64,000 nt of DNA from Asaia bogorensis (GTDB lineage: Bacteria > Cyanobacteriota > Cyanobacteriia > PCC-6307 > Cyanobiaceae): contig CALRQW020000001.1 of NCBI GenBank assembly GCA_943370455.1, forward strand, positions 377,506-441,505. The letters are read 5' to 3'. The notes under the pieces are model-generated. The model did no database searches. It was not told the DNA's origin and saw nothing but the letters and a program-made list of their open reading frames with translations. How positions within the stretch are numbered: the stretch's first letter is position 1; each line of letters starts with the position of its first letter. Below, piece by piece: positions 1 through 10,336 of this stretch. A program made the position numbers and the translations under genes.

Positions 1-415
1 GATCGCCGTCGTTGCCAATAATCGGAGCGATCAGAGTTTTCTTCTGGTCTTTGAGCTGCTTGTTGAGCTCCGTCACCTTCTCGTTCATCACGTTGAGGGG
101 CAGAGCCACCACACCGGCCTTGAGAGAAGGGTTGCTCTTGTTCAAGGCCGCCAGCTGCTCGTTGGCTTTGGCGCTCTCGAGGTAAAGCGGCAACACCAGA
201 TCCTGATCACGGGGGATCGGTAGGGGCACCCCTTTGGAGTCGGTGAGAACGAATACCGGCACCACTTGCAGCTTCTTGATTGCATCCGCTTCCGGAATCG
301 CCTGCGCAGGCGCGGGCACCAGGGAGAGTGCAGTCATCGCCAGGCCAGCGCTCAGCGCAACGGAGCCGAGCTTGCGGCCCAGGAGATGGCGCATGGCGTT
401 GCGGCGTGACTGCAT
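1..415 (-). CDS. Tic22-like family protein (5' part; runs off the window)
   Basis: Manual translation from ATG 415 (alternative ATG 394): MQSRRNAMRHLLGRKLGSVALSAGLAMTALSLVPAPAQAIPEADAIKKLQVVPVFVLTDSKGVPLP..., a signal peptide followed by the KL..VPVF..TD..G.PL pattern of cyanobacterial Tic22; not in the ORF track. Confidence 0.7.
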   Translation of the reverse strand, partial: MQSRRNAMRHLLGRKLGSVALSAGLAMTALSLVPAPAQAIPEADAIKKLQVVPVFVLTDSKGVPLPIPRDQDLVLPLYLESAKANEQLAALNKSNPSLKAGVVALPLNVMNEKVTELNKQLKDQKKTLIAPIIGNDGD

Positions 416-488
416 GCGATCAACTGTTGAAAGGCTGAGCCTAGTCAGGGAAATCCACCTAGCTTTCAACGGCTGGACGGTGCCGGCC

Positions 489-1682
489 ATGACCACTGCA
501 GAACAGCCCACTGCGGTAGCTGCCGCATCGAGCGTGGTCGGTCTGCGCCGCACGACTGAGGTGAGAGATTGGCCACGGAAGCTTGGGCTGGTGGCCGGTG
601 TCACCGCTGCGCTGCTCGGTAGCCAAACCCTGGCCGCCAGCAGCCCACTCCGCAGCGATGTGCGGCTGCTGCTGCCCAGCGAAGGCTTGTTGGCTGGGCT
701 CGGCGATGGCCTGCGGCGGGGCTACAGCGTGGCCATGGAGGAAAGCCGCAGCTGCGGCGTGCAGCCGCCCAGCCTGCAGGTGGGCTGGCTTCCGCCCGGC
801 GCTGATCCCCAAGCCCCCGTGGGGGCAGCCCCCCGCAGCCACCTGCTGGTGGCACCGCCCGCTGCTCCCCTCCCCGCCTATGGCCTACTGGCCGAGCAGC
901 AGCGGCTGAGTGTGCTGCTGCCGCTCCAGCGGGGCGTTTCTCTCGACGGCCTGCCGCTGCTCCGCGGCTCGGATCGACTCTGGCCGCTGATGCCAGGCCG
1001 CAGCCTGGAGGCCGATCGCCTGGCCGAGGCCCTACTGGCCGACGGGATCAAACGGGTGATGGTGGTGCGCGATCGCAGCGCTGAGAGCAAGGCCCTCACC
1101 GATCGCTTCGTGGCCAGCTTCTCCAACGGCAAAGGGGATGTGATCGGCCCCACCGCCGCACCGATCAGCCTGCAGGGCGATGACCGCGCCGCCATGGCGC
1201 AGCTGGTGAGCGATGTGGATTGGTATCGCCCGCCAGCCCTGGTGGTGATCACCCAGCCCGGCAGCGAACTGGCCAAGGCGGTGCGCGCCGCCAACTGGCC
1301 CCCAACGCTGCTGTTGGCCTGGAGTGCGCCGGTGGAGCAGCCCCTGGCGATCGAGCAGATCGGGGTGAATCCCCTCAGCCGCGGACCGGGCTGGAACTCC
1401 TTTGCTCAGCGCTTTGAGCAGCGCTGGGGCTACAAACCCGGCGTGGTGGAAAGCGCCGGCTACGACAGCGGCCTGATGAGCGCCCTGGCCTCCGTGCAAG
1501 CCGGAGGCCGCAGCGGCTGGAATCTGCAGTGGTTCAGCGCCAATGCCAAACCGCAGCCGTTGTGCACAGCGCTGAAACTGCGCGCGGAGGGGGCAAAGGT
1601 TCGGCCCCAGGCCGCCAGCAGCCAGTTCGATCTCAGCCCTGCGGTGCCGCCATCGGCGCAACTGCAACTGAGCCGTGGCTGA
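489..1682 (+). CDS. Periplasmic-binding-protein-like (branched-chain amino acid ABC substrate-binding fold) protein
   Basis: ORF 234..1682; likely start ATG 489 (or later). Hydrophobic signal-like segment, LLLPSEG..G...RRGY and F..RF..RWGY.PG.VE.AGYD patterns of type I PBP. Confidence 0.6.
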   Translation: MTTAEQPTAVAAASSVVGLRRTTEVRDWPRKLGLVAGVTAALLGSQTLAASSPLRSDVRLLLPSEGLLAGLGDGLRRGYSVAMEESRSCGVQPPSLQVGWLPPGADPQAPVGAAPRSHLLVAPPAAPLPAYGLLAEQQRLSVLLPLQRGVSLDGLPLLRGSDRLWPLMPGRSLEADRLAEALLADGIKRVMVVRDRSAESKALTDRFVASFSNGKGDVIGPTAAPISLQGDDRAAMAQLVSDVDWYRPPALVVITQPGSELAKAVRAANWPPTLLLAWSAPVEQPLAIEQIGVNPLSRGPGWNSFAQRFEQRWGYKPGVVESAGYDSGLMSALASVQAGGRSGWNLQWFSANAKPQPLCTALKLRAEGAKVRPQAASSQFDLSPAVPPSAQLQLSRG

Positions 1683-4059
1683 GCTGGTTCTGCCGCTGGA
1701 GGCCGCCAGCCTCGAGGCCATCGGCGAGGTGGGGGGCAAGAACGCCTCCCTCGGAGAGATGATCCGCCAGCTCTCTGAGCAGGGTGTGCGGGTACCCGGA
1801 GGCTTTGCCACCACCGCCGCGGCTTATCGCCACTTCATCGAAGCGGGTGGGCTGCAGCAGCAGCTGCACTCCATCCTTGATGGCCTCGACGGCCACGACA
1901 TCGCTGCACTGCAGGCCGCCGGTGCCGCAGCTCGGGCGCTATTGCTGGCGGCACCCCTGCCCGGCGATCTCGAGCAGGCGATTCTCAGCGCCTACCGCCA
2001 GCTGGGATCCCCGTCGGTAGCCGTGCGCTCGAGCGCCACCGCCGAAGACCTACCGGATGCCTCCTTTGCCGGTCAACAGGAGACCTACCTCAACGTGGAG
2101 GGGGAACAGGCGCTCCTGGCGGCCTGCCGGCGCTGCTTCGCTTCGCTATTCACCGATCGGGCCATCTCCTACCGGCAGATCAACGACTTTGATCACTTCG
2201 AGGTGGCCCTCTCGATCGGCGTGCAGCGCATGGTGCGCTCCGATCTCGCCTGCTCCGGCGTGATGTTCAGCATCGACACCGAAACCGGCTTCCGCAACGC
2301 CGTGCTGCTCACCGCGGCCTATGGCCTCGGCGAGAACGTGGTGCAGGGGGCGGTGAACCCCGATGAGTACCTGATCTTCAAACCCACCCTGGAGCAAGGC
2401 TTTGCGCCGATCGTGAGCCGCCGGCTCGGCAGCAAAGCGATCCGGATGGTGTACGGCGAGCACGGCTCCACGCGCAACGTGGAGGTGCCACCGGCCGAAC
2501 GCCGCCGCTACGCCCTCAGCGACGGCGAAGCCCTGCAACTGGCGCGCTGGGCCTGCCTGATCGAGCAGCACTACAGCACCCGCCGCGGCCAGCCCACCCC
2601 GATGGACATCGAATGGGCCAAAGACGGCGAAACCGGTGAGCTGTTCATCCTCCAGGCCAGGCCGGAAACGGTGGAATCCCGCCGCAGCACCACGCTGCTG
2701 CGCAGCTGGCAGCTCGAACCCCACAACGCGGAACTGCTCTGCACCGGCCGTGCCATCGGCGCCTCAGTGAGCAGCGGCAGAGCCCGCATCCTGCGCCACC
2801 CCTCCGAGATTCAGCGGTTTGAGCCGGGTGATCTGCTCGTCACGGAGCGCACCGACCCTGATTGGGAGCCGATCCTCAAGCGGGCCAGCGGCGTGATCAC
2901 CAACCAAGGCGGCCGCACCTGCCACGCCGCGATCATCGCCCGCGAGATGGGGATCACCGCGATCGTGGGCGCTGGCGACGCCACCGAGCGCATCGCCGAC
3001 GGCAGCACGATCACCGCCAGCTGCTGTGAGGGCGACGAAGGCCGGGTGTATCGCGGAGCGCTTCCCTTCCGAGTGGAGGAGAGCGACATCGGCGAACTGC
3101 CCCCCACGCGCACGCGCATCCTGATGAACGTGGGCAACCCGGAGGAGGCCTTCAGCCAGGCGGCCATCCCCTGCGACGGCGTGGGGCTGGCACGGCTGGA
3201 ATTTGTGATCGCCAATCACATCCGCGTGCATCCGATGGCGCTGCTGCAGCCCGATCGGCTCCGCGACCCCGCCGAGCGCCAAGCGATCGCCACCCTCACG
3301 AGTGGCTATGAGCACCCGGCCGACTACTACGTGGATCTGCTGGCCCAGGGCATGGGACGACTCGCCGCCGCCTTCCATCCGCGGCCGGTGATCCTGCGCT
3401 TCTCTGATTTCAAAAGCAACGAATACGCCAAGTTGCTGGGGGGCAGCAGCTTCGAGCCCAGCGAGGAAAACCCGATGATCGGCTGGCGGGGCGCCTCCCG
3501 GTACTACGCCGAGGGCTTCCGCGAAGCCTTCGCCCTGGAGTGCAGGGCCCTCAAGCGGGTGCGGGAGGTGATGGGGCTCACCCAAGTGATCCCGATGGTG
3601 CCCTTCTGTCGCACCCCCGAAGAGGGAGATCGGGTGCTGGCTGAGATGGCGCGCGAAGGGCTGGTGCGGGGCGAGAACGGCCTTGAGGTGTACGTGATGT
3701 GCGAGCTGCCCAGCAACGTGATCGCCGCTGAGGCCTTCGCCGAACGCTTCGATGGCTTCTCGATCGGCTCCAACGACCTCACCCAGCTCACCCTGGGGCT
3801 CGATCGCGATTCAGCCTTGGTGGCTGATCTGTTCGATGAACGCAATGCCGCGGTGGTGGAGCTGATCCGCATAGCGATCCGCACCGCCAAACGCTGCGGC
3901 CGCAAGATCGGCATCTGCGGCCAGGCGCCGAGCGATCACCCGGAGTTCGCCGAGTTGCTGGTGCGCGAAGGCATCGATTCAATCAGCCTCAACCCCGACG
4001 CCGTGCTCAAGACGCGCATGAAGGTGGCGGCAATCGAGGCCGAGCTCAAGGGCAGCTGA
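1675..4059 (+). CDS. ppsA: Phosphoenolpyruvate synthase (pyruvate, water dikinase)
   Basis: 794 aa; VGGKNASLGEM, VAVRSSATAEDLPDASFAGQQET, phospho-His motif GGRTCHAAIIARE, FSIGSNDLTQ. Confidence 0.97.
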   Translation: MAELVLPLEAASLEAIGEVGGKNASLGEMIRQLSEQGVRVPGGFATTAAAYRHFIEAGGLQQQLHSILDGLDGHDIAALQAAGAAARALLLAAPLPGDLEQAILSAYRQLGSPSVAVRSSATAEDLPDASFAGQQETYLNVEGEQALLAACRRCFASLFTDRAISYRQINDFDHFEVALSIGVQRMVRSDLACSGVMFSIDTETGFRNAVLLTAAYGLGENVVQGAVNPDEYLIFKPTLEQGFAPIVSRRLGSKAIRMVYGEHGSTRNVEVPPAERRRYALSDGEALQLARWACLIEQHYSTRRGQPTPMDIEWAKDGETGELFILQARPETVESRRSTTLLRSWQLEPHNAELLCTGRAIGASVSSGRARILRHPSEIQRFEPGDLLVTERTDPDWEPILKRASGVITNQGGRTCHAAIIAREMGITAIVGAGDATERIADGSTITASCCEGDEGRVYRGALPFRVEESDIGELPPTRTRILMNVGNPEEAFSQAAIPCDGVGLARLEFVIANHIRVHPMALLQPDRLRDPAERQAIATLTSGYEHPADYYVDLLAQGMGRLAAAFHPRPVILRFSDFKSNEYAKLLGGSSFEPSEENPMIGWRGASRYYAEGFREAFALECRALKRVREVMGLTQVIPMVPFCRTPEEGDRVLAEMAREGLVRGENGLEVYVMCELPSNVIAAEAFAERFDGFSIGSNDLTQLTLGLDRDSALVADLFDERNAAVVELIRIAIRTAKRCGRKIGICGQAPSDHPEFAELLVREGIDSISLNPDAVLKTRMKVAAIEAELKGS

Positions 4060-4093
4060 AGCGACCTACCGCAGAGCAACAGCTGCCAGATGC

Positions 4094-4113
4094 GCAAGCT
4101 CTGCCTAGCTTGC
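4094..4113. promoter_or_regulatory. Perfect inverted repeat GCAAGCT-N6-AGCTTGC upstream of hoxE (candidate operator or RNA hairpin)
   Basis: Read directly in the 76-nt ppsA-hoxE gap. Confidence 0.35.
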
Positions 4114-4135
4114 AAACAGCCGGCCTGGGCTTGCC

Positions 4136-4582
4136 ATGGCGACGTTGGAGCAGGGCTTCGCCGAGCTTGAACCGGTGCTGCAGCGCCACGGCCATCAGGC
4201 CCAAGGCCTGATCGAGGTGCTGAACCGCGCCCAACAGCTCTACGGCCACCTGAGCGAGCCGCTGCTGCGCCACATCGCCCGGCAACTGCAGCTGCCCTTC
4301 AGCCGGGTGCAGGGCACGGCGAGTTTCTACCACCTGTTTCGCTTTGCGCCGCCGGCGCGCCACAGCTGCCTGGTATGCACCGGCACCGCCTGCCATGTGC
4401 AGGGGGCGGCGCAACTCCTGGCCGAGCTCAAGGCTGCACCGCTGGCAGAGCTGGGTGTGGAACTGGGCTCGGTGCGCTGCATCGGCACCTGCAGCGGAGC
4501 CCCTCTGGTGGTGGTGGATGGAGCGGTGTGGAACCACGTGGAGACCAGCGCTGTGCTGAAGCAGCTGCGGGAGTTGGAGTGA
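4136..4582 (+). CDS. hoxE: Bidirectional [NiFe] hydrogenase diaphorase subunit HoxE (NuoE-like, 2Fe-2S)
   Basis: 148 aa; TASFYHLF, C-x4-C (CTGTAC) and C-x3-C (CIGTC). Confidence 0.93.
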   Translation: MATLEQGFAELEPVLQRHGHQAQGLIEVLNRAQQLYGHLSEPLLRHIARQLQLPFSRVQGTASFYHLFRFAPPARHSCLVCTGTACHVQGAAQLLAELKAAPLAELGVELGSVRCIGTCSGAPLVVVDGAVWNHVETSAVLKQLRELE

Positions 4583-6072
4583 TGGGCGACTGCCTCCGGC
4601 TCTGCACCGCCGCCAGCTGCCGCAGCCGCGGTGCCTTGGCCCTGCTGGAAAACAGCGATCGCCCGGTGAAGCAGGTGGGTTGCCTGGGTCCCTGCAGTGA
4701 AGGGCCGCTGGCGGCCATGGGGGATCAGCTGCTGTCGCTACAGCCGGCAGAGAACGAAAGCCTCGGCCCCACGCTGGAGTCGGCGCTGGCCACAAGCCGT
4801 GAGATCAGCGCGGAGGATCCGTTTCTGAAGCTGCAGCGGCGCCTGGTGCTGGCCCGCTGCGGGGTGGTGGATCCCGGCTGCATCCACGACGCCCTATCCC
4901 AGGGCGCCTATCAGCAACTGCAGGCGATGCTCGCCGCAGACGATCCGAGCGCCGTGATCGAAACCGTGCGCCGCAGCGGTTTGCGTGGGCGGGGCGGCGC
5001 CGGCTATCCCACGGGGCTGAAGTGGGCCACCGTGGCGGCCATGCCCGGTGAGCACAAAGTGGTGGTGTGCAACGCCGATGAGGGCGACCCCGGCGCCTTC
5101 ATGGATCGCACCTTGATGGAGGGCGATCCCCACACCCTGCTGGAGGGCATGGCGATCGCCGCCTTCGCCGTGGGCGCCAAGCAGGGCTACATCTACGTGC
5201 GGGCGGAGTATCCGCTGGCGATTGAGCGGCTGCGCACGGCGATCGCCGCGGCCGAAACCCACGGCTGGTTGGGTACGACGATCAGCGGGAGCCGTTTCAG
5301 CTTTGCGATCGAGCTGCGAGTGGGCGCCGGCGCCTATGTGTGCGGCGAAGAAACGGCGCTGATCCACTCGATCGAAGGTCGCCGCGGCGTACCGCGGCCC
5401 AGGCCGCCCTACCCGGCCGAGCACGGCGTGTTCGGGTTGCCCACGCTGATCAACAACGTGGAGACGTTCGGCAACATCCCGGCGCTGTTGCAGCTGGGGG
5501 TGGAGGCCTACGGGGACGGCACCAAGGTGTTTTCGCTCACGGGGCATGTGCAGCGCAGCGGTGTGCTGGAGGTGCCGATGGGCACGCCCCTGCGCACGAT
5601 CGTGGAAACGATGGGGGGTGGTGCCCCGCCCGGCCGCAGCATTAAGGCCGTGCAAACCGGCGGCCCTTCCGGCGGCTGCGTGCCCGCAAGCGCCCTTGAT
5701 ACACCGGTGGATTACGACTCGCTCAAGGCCCTCGGCACGATCATGGGCTCCGGTGGAATGGTGGTGCTGGATGACACCACCAACATGGTGGATCTGGCCG
5801 CCTTCTTCATCGCCTTCAGCCGCGAGGAATCGTGCGGCAAGTGCATCCCCTGCCGCTCCGGCACGGTGCAGCTGGAGATGCTGCTGCGCAAGTTGCTGGA
5901 GCGCCGAGGCAACGCTGCGGATCTGAGCCAGCTCGAATCGCTCTGCCACACCGTGGCCGATGCCAGCCTCTGCGGCCTGGGCCAGAGCGCCCCAAAACCG
6001 GTGCTGAGCACGCTGCGCCATTTCCGCAGCGATTACCTGGAGCTGTTGCAGCCAAAGGAGGTGGCGCAATGA
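4582..6072 (+). CDS. hoxF: Bidirectional hydrogenase diaphorase subunit HoxF (NuoF-like, FMN/NAD)
   Basis: True start ATG 4582 overlapping the hoxE stop; SGLRGRGGAGYPTGLKW, NADEGDPGAFMDR, GAGAYVCGEETAL, ESCGKCIPCR, LCGLG. Confidence 0.95.
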   Translation: MGDCLRLCTAASCRSRGALALLENSDRPVKQVGCLGPCSEGPLAAMGDQLLSLQPAENESLGPTLESALATSREISAEDPFLKLQRRLVLARCGVVDPGCIHDALSQGAYQQLQAMLAADDPSAVIETVRRSGLRGRGGAGYPTGLKWATVAAMPGEHKVVVCNADEGDPGAFMDRTLMEGDPHTLLEGMAIAAFAVGAKQGYIYVRAEYPLAIERLRTAIAAAETHGWLGTTISGSRFSFAIELRVGAGAYVCGEETALIHSIEGRRGVPRPRPPYPAEHGVFGLPTLINNVETFGNIPALLQLGVEAYGDGTKVFSLTGHVQRSGVLEVPMGTPLRTIVETMGGGAPPGRSIKAVQTGGPSGGCVPASALDTPVDYDSLKALGTIMGSGGMVVLDDTTNMVDLAAFFIAFSREESCGKCIPCRSGTVQLEMLLRKLLERRGNAADLSQLESLCHTVADASLCGLGQSAPKPVLSTLRHFRSDYLELLQPKEVAQ

Positions 6073-6800
6073 GCGTCTGCACGCTGCGGATCAACGAACG
6101 CGATGTCGCAGTACCCAGCGGCACAACGCTGTTGGAAGCAGCACGCCAGGCGAGCATCCCAATCCCCACGCTGTGTTTTCTGGAGGGGCTGTCAGCCGTA
6201 GCCGCCTGCCGGCTGTGCCTGGTGGAGGTGAGCGGCGCCGATGGGCATGCAGAACCGCGCCTGCTGGCGGCTTGCGTCACCACCGCCACCGAGGGCATGC
6301 GCGTGCAAACCCACACGCCACGGCTGCAGGAGATCCGGCGCACGGTGGTCGAACTGCTGTTCACCGAAGGCAACCACGTGTGCGCCATCTGCGTGGCCAA
6401 TGGCCATTGCGAGCTGCAGAACATGGCGGTGGAGGTGGGCATGGATCACAGCCGCCTGCCGTATCGCTTCCCCGACAGGCGCGTGGATCTTTCTCACGCC
6501 CAGTTCGGGCTCGATCACAACCGCTGCATCCTCTGCACCCGCTGCGTGCGGGTGTGCGACGAGGTGGAAGGCGCCCACGTGTGGGATGTGGGCTGGCGCG
6601 GCGAACACTGCCAGATCATCAGCGGCCTGGGGGAACCCTGGGGGGCTGTGGAGGCCTGCACCCACTGCGGCAAATGCGTGGATGTGTGCCCCACCGGAGC
6701 TCTGTTTCACAAGGCCGACACCAGCGAGGAGAAGCACAGCCACCCGGAGCGTCTCCAAACCCTGGTGCATGCCCGCACCCATCAGGAGTGGAGCCCATGA
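6069..6800 (+). CDS. hoxU: Bidirectional hydrogenase subunit HoxU
   Basis: Start ATG 6069 (ATGA overlap); IPTLC, ACRLCLVE, HVCAICVANGHCELQ, CILCTRCVRVC, CTHCGKCVDVCPTG. Confidence 0.95.
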   Translation: MSVCTLRINERDVAVPSGTTLLEAARQASIPIPTLCFLEGLSAVAACRLCLVEVSGADGHAEPRLLAACVTTATEGMRVQTHTPRLQEIRRTVVELLFTEGNHVCAICVANGHCELQNMAVEVGMDHSRLPYRFPDRRVDLSHAQFGLDHNRCILCTRCVRVCDEVEGAHVWDVGWRGEHCQIISGLGEPWGAVEACTHCGKCVDVCPTGALFHKADTSEEKHSHPERLQTLVHARTHQEWSP

Positions 6801-7345
6801 CGAAGGCAAGGCTGGCAACGGTGTGGCTGGCGGGTTGCTCTGGCTGCCACATGTCGTTTCTCGATCTCGACGAATGGCTGCTGGAGCTCGCCGACCTGGC
6901 TGACATCGTCTACAGCCCGGTGGGATCCGACCAGAAGCTCTACCCCGAGAACGTGGATATCGCTCTGGTGGAAGGCGGGGTGGCCAACACCGACAACCTG
7001 GAGCTGCTGCAGCGGGTGCGCGCCAACACCCGCATCCTGGTGAGCTTCGGCGACTGCGCCATCACCGCCAACATCCCAGGCATGCGCAACATGCTGCGAG
7101 GCAGCGATCCGGTGCTACGGCGGGCCTACCTGGAGCTGGCCGATGCCAGCGGCCAGCTGCCCCAGGCGCCGGGCATCGTGCCGGAGCTGCTGGAGCGGGT
7201 GCTGCCGGTGCATGAGCTCGTGCCGGTGGAGGTGTATCTGCCGGGCTGCCCGCCGCCCGCCGAGCGGATCCGCGCCGCTCTCGAGCCGTTGCTGCGGGGC
7301 GAGCTGCCGCAGCTGAGCGGCAGCGATCAGATCCGCTTCGGCTGA
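6797..7345 (+). CDS. hoxY: [NiFe] hydrogenase small subunit HoxY
   Basis: Start ATG 6797; WLAGCSGCHMSFLD, SFGDCA, LPGCPP. Confidence 0.96.
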   Translation: MTKARLATVWLAGCSGCHMSFLDLDEWLLELADLADIVYSPVGSDQKLYPENVDIALVEGGVANTDNLELLQRVRANTRILVSFGDCAITANIPGMRNMLRGSDPVLRRAYLELADASGQLPQAPGIVPELLERVLPVHELVPVEVYLPGCPPPAERIRAALEPLLRGELPQLSGSDQIRFG

Positions 7346-7363
7346 GGACTAGAGGAGCAGCTC

Positions 7364-8839
7364 ATGACGACGAACCACGCCACTGACGCCAACCAGCCCG
7401 CCCGCCACACGATCACGATCGATCCGGTGACCCGCATCGAGGGTCACGCCAAGATCTCGATCCACCTGGATGCAGCTGGAGCCGTGGACACGGCCCGCTT
7501 CCATGTGACGGAGTATCGGGGCTTCGAGAAATTCTGCGAGGGCCGGCCGTTCACCGAGATGGCGGGCATCACGGCGCGCATCTGTGGCATCTGCCCGGTG
7601 AGCCATCTGCTGGCGGCTGCGGCCACCGGCGACAAGATCCTGGCGGTGCAGATCCCACCCGCCGCCGAAAAGCTGCGGCGGTTGATGAATCTGGCGCAGA
7701 TCACCCAGTCGCATGCGCTGTCGTTCTTCCACCTCAGCAGCCCCGATTTCCTGCTGGGGTGGGAAAGCGATCCAGAAAAGCGCAACATCTTCGGACTGAT
7801 CGCCGCCAACCCCGAGCTGGCCCGCAGCGGTATCCGCCTGCGTCAGTTCGGCCAGGGGGTGATCGAGGCGCTGGGTGGTCGCAAAATCCACGCGGCCTGG
7901 GCGGTGCCGGGCGGTGTGCGTAGCCCCTTGAGCCCGGAAACCCGCGATCAGATCCGGCAGGGCCTACCGGAGGCCTTCGCCATCGCCGAACAGGGGCTGG
8001 CGCTGTTCAAGCAGTTGCTCGACACCCAGCTCGGCGAGGAACTGGAGGTGTTTGGCCGCTTCCCCTCGCTGTTTATGGGGCTGGTGAGCCGTGATGGCAG
8101 CTGGGAGCACTCCAGCGGCCGCCACTGCGCCGGCATCCGTGTGATGGCCAGCGACGGCTCCCTGGTGGCCGATGGCCTCAAGGAAGACGACTACGCCTCC
8201 TTTCTGGCGGAGGCCGTGGAGCCCTGGAGCTATCTGAAGTTCCCCTACATCAAGGCGCTGGGGCCGGAAGCGGGCAGCTACCGGGTGGGCCCCCTTGCAC
8301 GCCTCAACCTGTGCGAGCGCATCGGCACGGAACGGGCCGATCGGGAGCTACAGGAGCTGCGCCAGCGCGGTGGCCGGGTGGTGACGGCCTCCTTCCTGTA
8401 TCACCTGGCGCGGTTGATCGAAATCCTGGCCTGCCTGGAGCAGATGGAGCAGCTGCTCGACGATCCCGAGCTCACGGCAACCCATGTGCGCGCCCGCGCC
8501 AGCGTGAATTGCCATGAAGCGGTAGGGGTGAGCGAAGCGCCCCGCGGCACGCTGCTGCACCACTACCGCGTGGATACCAATGGCCTGATCGAGCGGGTGA
8601 ATCTGATCATTGCCACGGGGCAAAACAACAGCGCCATGAACCGCACGATCACCCAGATCGCGCGCCACTACCTCGATGGAAACAACCTGAGCGAGGCGCT
8701 GCTCAACCGCGTGGAAGCAGGCATCCGCTGCTTCGATCCCTGCCTCTCCTGCAGCACCCATGCCGCAGGCCAGATGCCGCTGCAGGTGCAGCTGTTCGGC
8801 TCCGAAGGGGAGCTGTTGCAGCAGCGCCGGCGTGGTTAG
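7364..8839 (+). CDS. hoxH: [NiFe] hydrogenase large subunit HoxH (group 3d)
   Basis: PVTRIEGH, Ni motifs RICGIC and DPCLSCSTH followed by a C-terminal extension. Confidence 0.97.
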   Translation: MTTNHATDANQPARHTITIDPVTRIEGHAKISIHLDAAGAVDTARFHVTEYRGFEKFCEGRPFTEMAGITARICGICPVSHLLAAAATGDKILAVQIPPAAEKLRRLMNLAQITQSHALSFFHLSSPDFLLGWESDPEKRNIFGLIAANPELARSGIRLRQFGQGVIEALGGRKIHAAWAVPGGVRSPLSPETRDQIRQGLPEAFAIAEQGLALFKQLLDTQLGEELEVFGRFPSLFMGLVSRDGSWEHSSGRHCAGIRVMASDGSLVADGLKEDDYASFLAEAVEPWSYLKFPYIKALGPEAGSYRVGPLARLNLCERIGTERADRELQELRQRGGRVVTASFLYHLARLIEILACLEQMEQLLDDPELTATHVRARASVNCHEAVGVSEAPRGTLLHHYRVDTNGLIERVNLIIATGQNNSAMNRTITQIARHYLDGNNLSEALLNRVEAGIRCFDPCLSCSTHAAGQMPLQVQLFGSEGELLQQRRRG

Positions 8840-8841
8840 CG

Positions 8842-9309
8842 ATGGCACGCAGGCAGGCTCTGGTGATCGGCATCGGCAACCGCCTGCGCAGCGATGACGG
8901 CGCTGGCATCCGCGTGGCCGAAGCACTCGAAGCCCAAGCCACAGGCCTGCAGGTGGTGCTCTGTGACCAACTCACCCCTGAGCTGGCCGAACCCATCAGC
9001 CAGGCCCGCGCCGTGCTGTTTATCGATGCACAGATGAGCGATGCCTCTGAGCCAACAGCCGAAGCCCCCGTTGACGCGCACCCGCAGCCCCTGGAAGCCT
9101 CAAACCATGGCGATCCAAGCGGCCATGCACTCACCCCGCCGCGCCTGCTGGCCCTGAGCGCCGCGCTGTATGGGCCCTGCCCGCCGGCCTGGCAACTGCT
9201 GATCCCCGGTGAGCAGTGGCAAGTGGGTGATCAACTGTCTGCCCGCACCGCCGCCGTCTGCCGGAACGCCGTGCCGGTGGTGCTGGCCTGGAGTGCACGC
9301 CATGCATGA
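8842..9309 (+). CDS. hoxW: Hydrogenase maturation protease HoxW
   Basis: VIGIGNRLRSDDGAG, QLTPELAE, FIDA, SGHALTP. Confidence 0.9.
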   Translation: MARRQALVIGIGNRLRSDDGAGIRVAEALEAQATGLQVVLCDQLTPELAEPISQARAVLFIDAQMSDASEPTAEAPVDAHPQPLEASNHGDPSGHALTPPRLLALSAALYGPCPPAWQLLIPGEQWQVGDQLSARTAAVCRNAVPVVLAWSARHA

Positions 9310-9643
9310 GCTGGCCCTGCTGCAGGAGCTCTGTGCCCTGGCCGCCGCCGCCGCCGAGGAGCAGGGGGCGAGCCAGATCCACCGGATGGAGCTGCGGGTG
9401 GGAGAGCTGGGAGGGGTTAACCCCGAGGCGCTGCGCCAGGCCTTCGCCGTTGTGGCGGCAACGGCTCCCTGGCAGACGGCAGAACTGCAGCTCGATGTAG
9501 TGCCAACGCGCTGTTTCTGCCCAGACTGTGCGCAGGCCTTCAGCCCGCTGGATGTGATCTACGCCTGCCCCCAGTGCGGTGCCATCAGCCGGCAGGTGCT
9601 GCAGGGGCGGGAACTGGAGCTTGTAGCGCTGGAGGTGTCGTAG
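9302..9643 (+). CDS. hypA: Hydrogenase nickel metallochaperone HypA
   Basis: Start ATG 9302: MHELAL, CPDC and CPQC zinc sites, QGRELEL. Confidence 0.95.
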   Translation: MHELALLQELCALAAAAAEEQGASQIHRMELRVGELGGVNPEALRQAFAVVAATAPWQTAELQLDVVPTRCFCPDCAQAFSPLDVIYACPQCGAISRQVLQGRELELVALEVS

Positions 9644-10336
9644 GTGTGCGGGCAATGCGGCTGCGATGAACCCCAGGCGGCACCGCTGCCGCGCCGGCGG
9701 CTTGAGCTGCATCAACCCCTGCTCAGCCGCAACGACAACCAGGCCGCCCGCAACCGCGACCATTTCAGGCGCCACGGTCTGCGCACGATCAACCTGATGT
9801 CGGCACCGGGTTCGGGCAAAACCGCCTTGCTTGAGCAGCTGGCGCGCCACTGGCCCCGCCCGCCGATCGGGGTGATCGTGGGTGATCTGGCCACCGACAA
9901 CGACGCCCGGCGCCTGCAGCTGGCTGGAGCCCGAGCGGTGCAGATCCGCACGGGCGATCTCTGCCACCTCGATGCAACGCTCGTGGATCAGGCCTTCAGC
10001 CAGCTCGATTGCCGCGGCATCGACCTACTCGTGATCGAAAACGTGGGCAACCTGGTGTGTCCGGCGGCCTTCGATCTGGGGGAGCAGCGGCGGGTTGCGC
10101 TGTTGTCGGTAACGGAAGGCGAAGACAAACCGCTCAAATACCCCGCCCTGTTCAAAAGCGCCGACGCGGTGGTGATCAACAAGGCCGATCTCGCGGAGGC
10201 GGTGGGCTTCGATCGCCGCACAGCCATCGCCAACCTCAGCGCCATCGCTCCTCAGGCGGCGTTGTTTGAGCTCTCCGCCCGCACCGGCGAGGGGCTTGAT
10301 TCCTTGATCCATTGGTTGGATGCCAAACCCGCCTGA
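9644..10336 (+). CDS. hypB: Hydrogenase nickel GTPase HypB (no His-rich linker)
   Basis: GTG start, MCGQCGC; SAPGSGKT, TGDLCHLDA, ENVGNLVCPA, GEDKPLKYP, NKAD. Confidence 0.96.
   Translation: MCGQCGCDEPQAAPLPRRRLELHQPLLSRNDNQAARNRDHFRRHGLRTINLMSAPGSGKTALLEQLARHWPRPPIGVIVGDLATDNDARRLQLAGARAVQIRTGDLCHLDATLVDQAFSQLDCRGIDLLVIENVGNLVCPAAFDLGEQRRVALLSVTEGEDKPLKYPALFKSADAVVINKADLAEAVGFDRRTAIANLSAIAPQAALFELSARTGEGLDSLIHWLDAKPA

Noticed and set aside
234-488. 5' ORF-track extensions (234, 4375, 5832, 6173, 9209, 12750, 36868, 48399, 54013, 55723)
   Set aside because: They overlap upstream genes; the conserved family N-termini begin at later, usually coupled, starts
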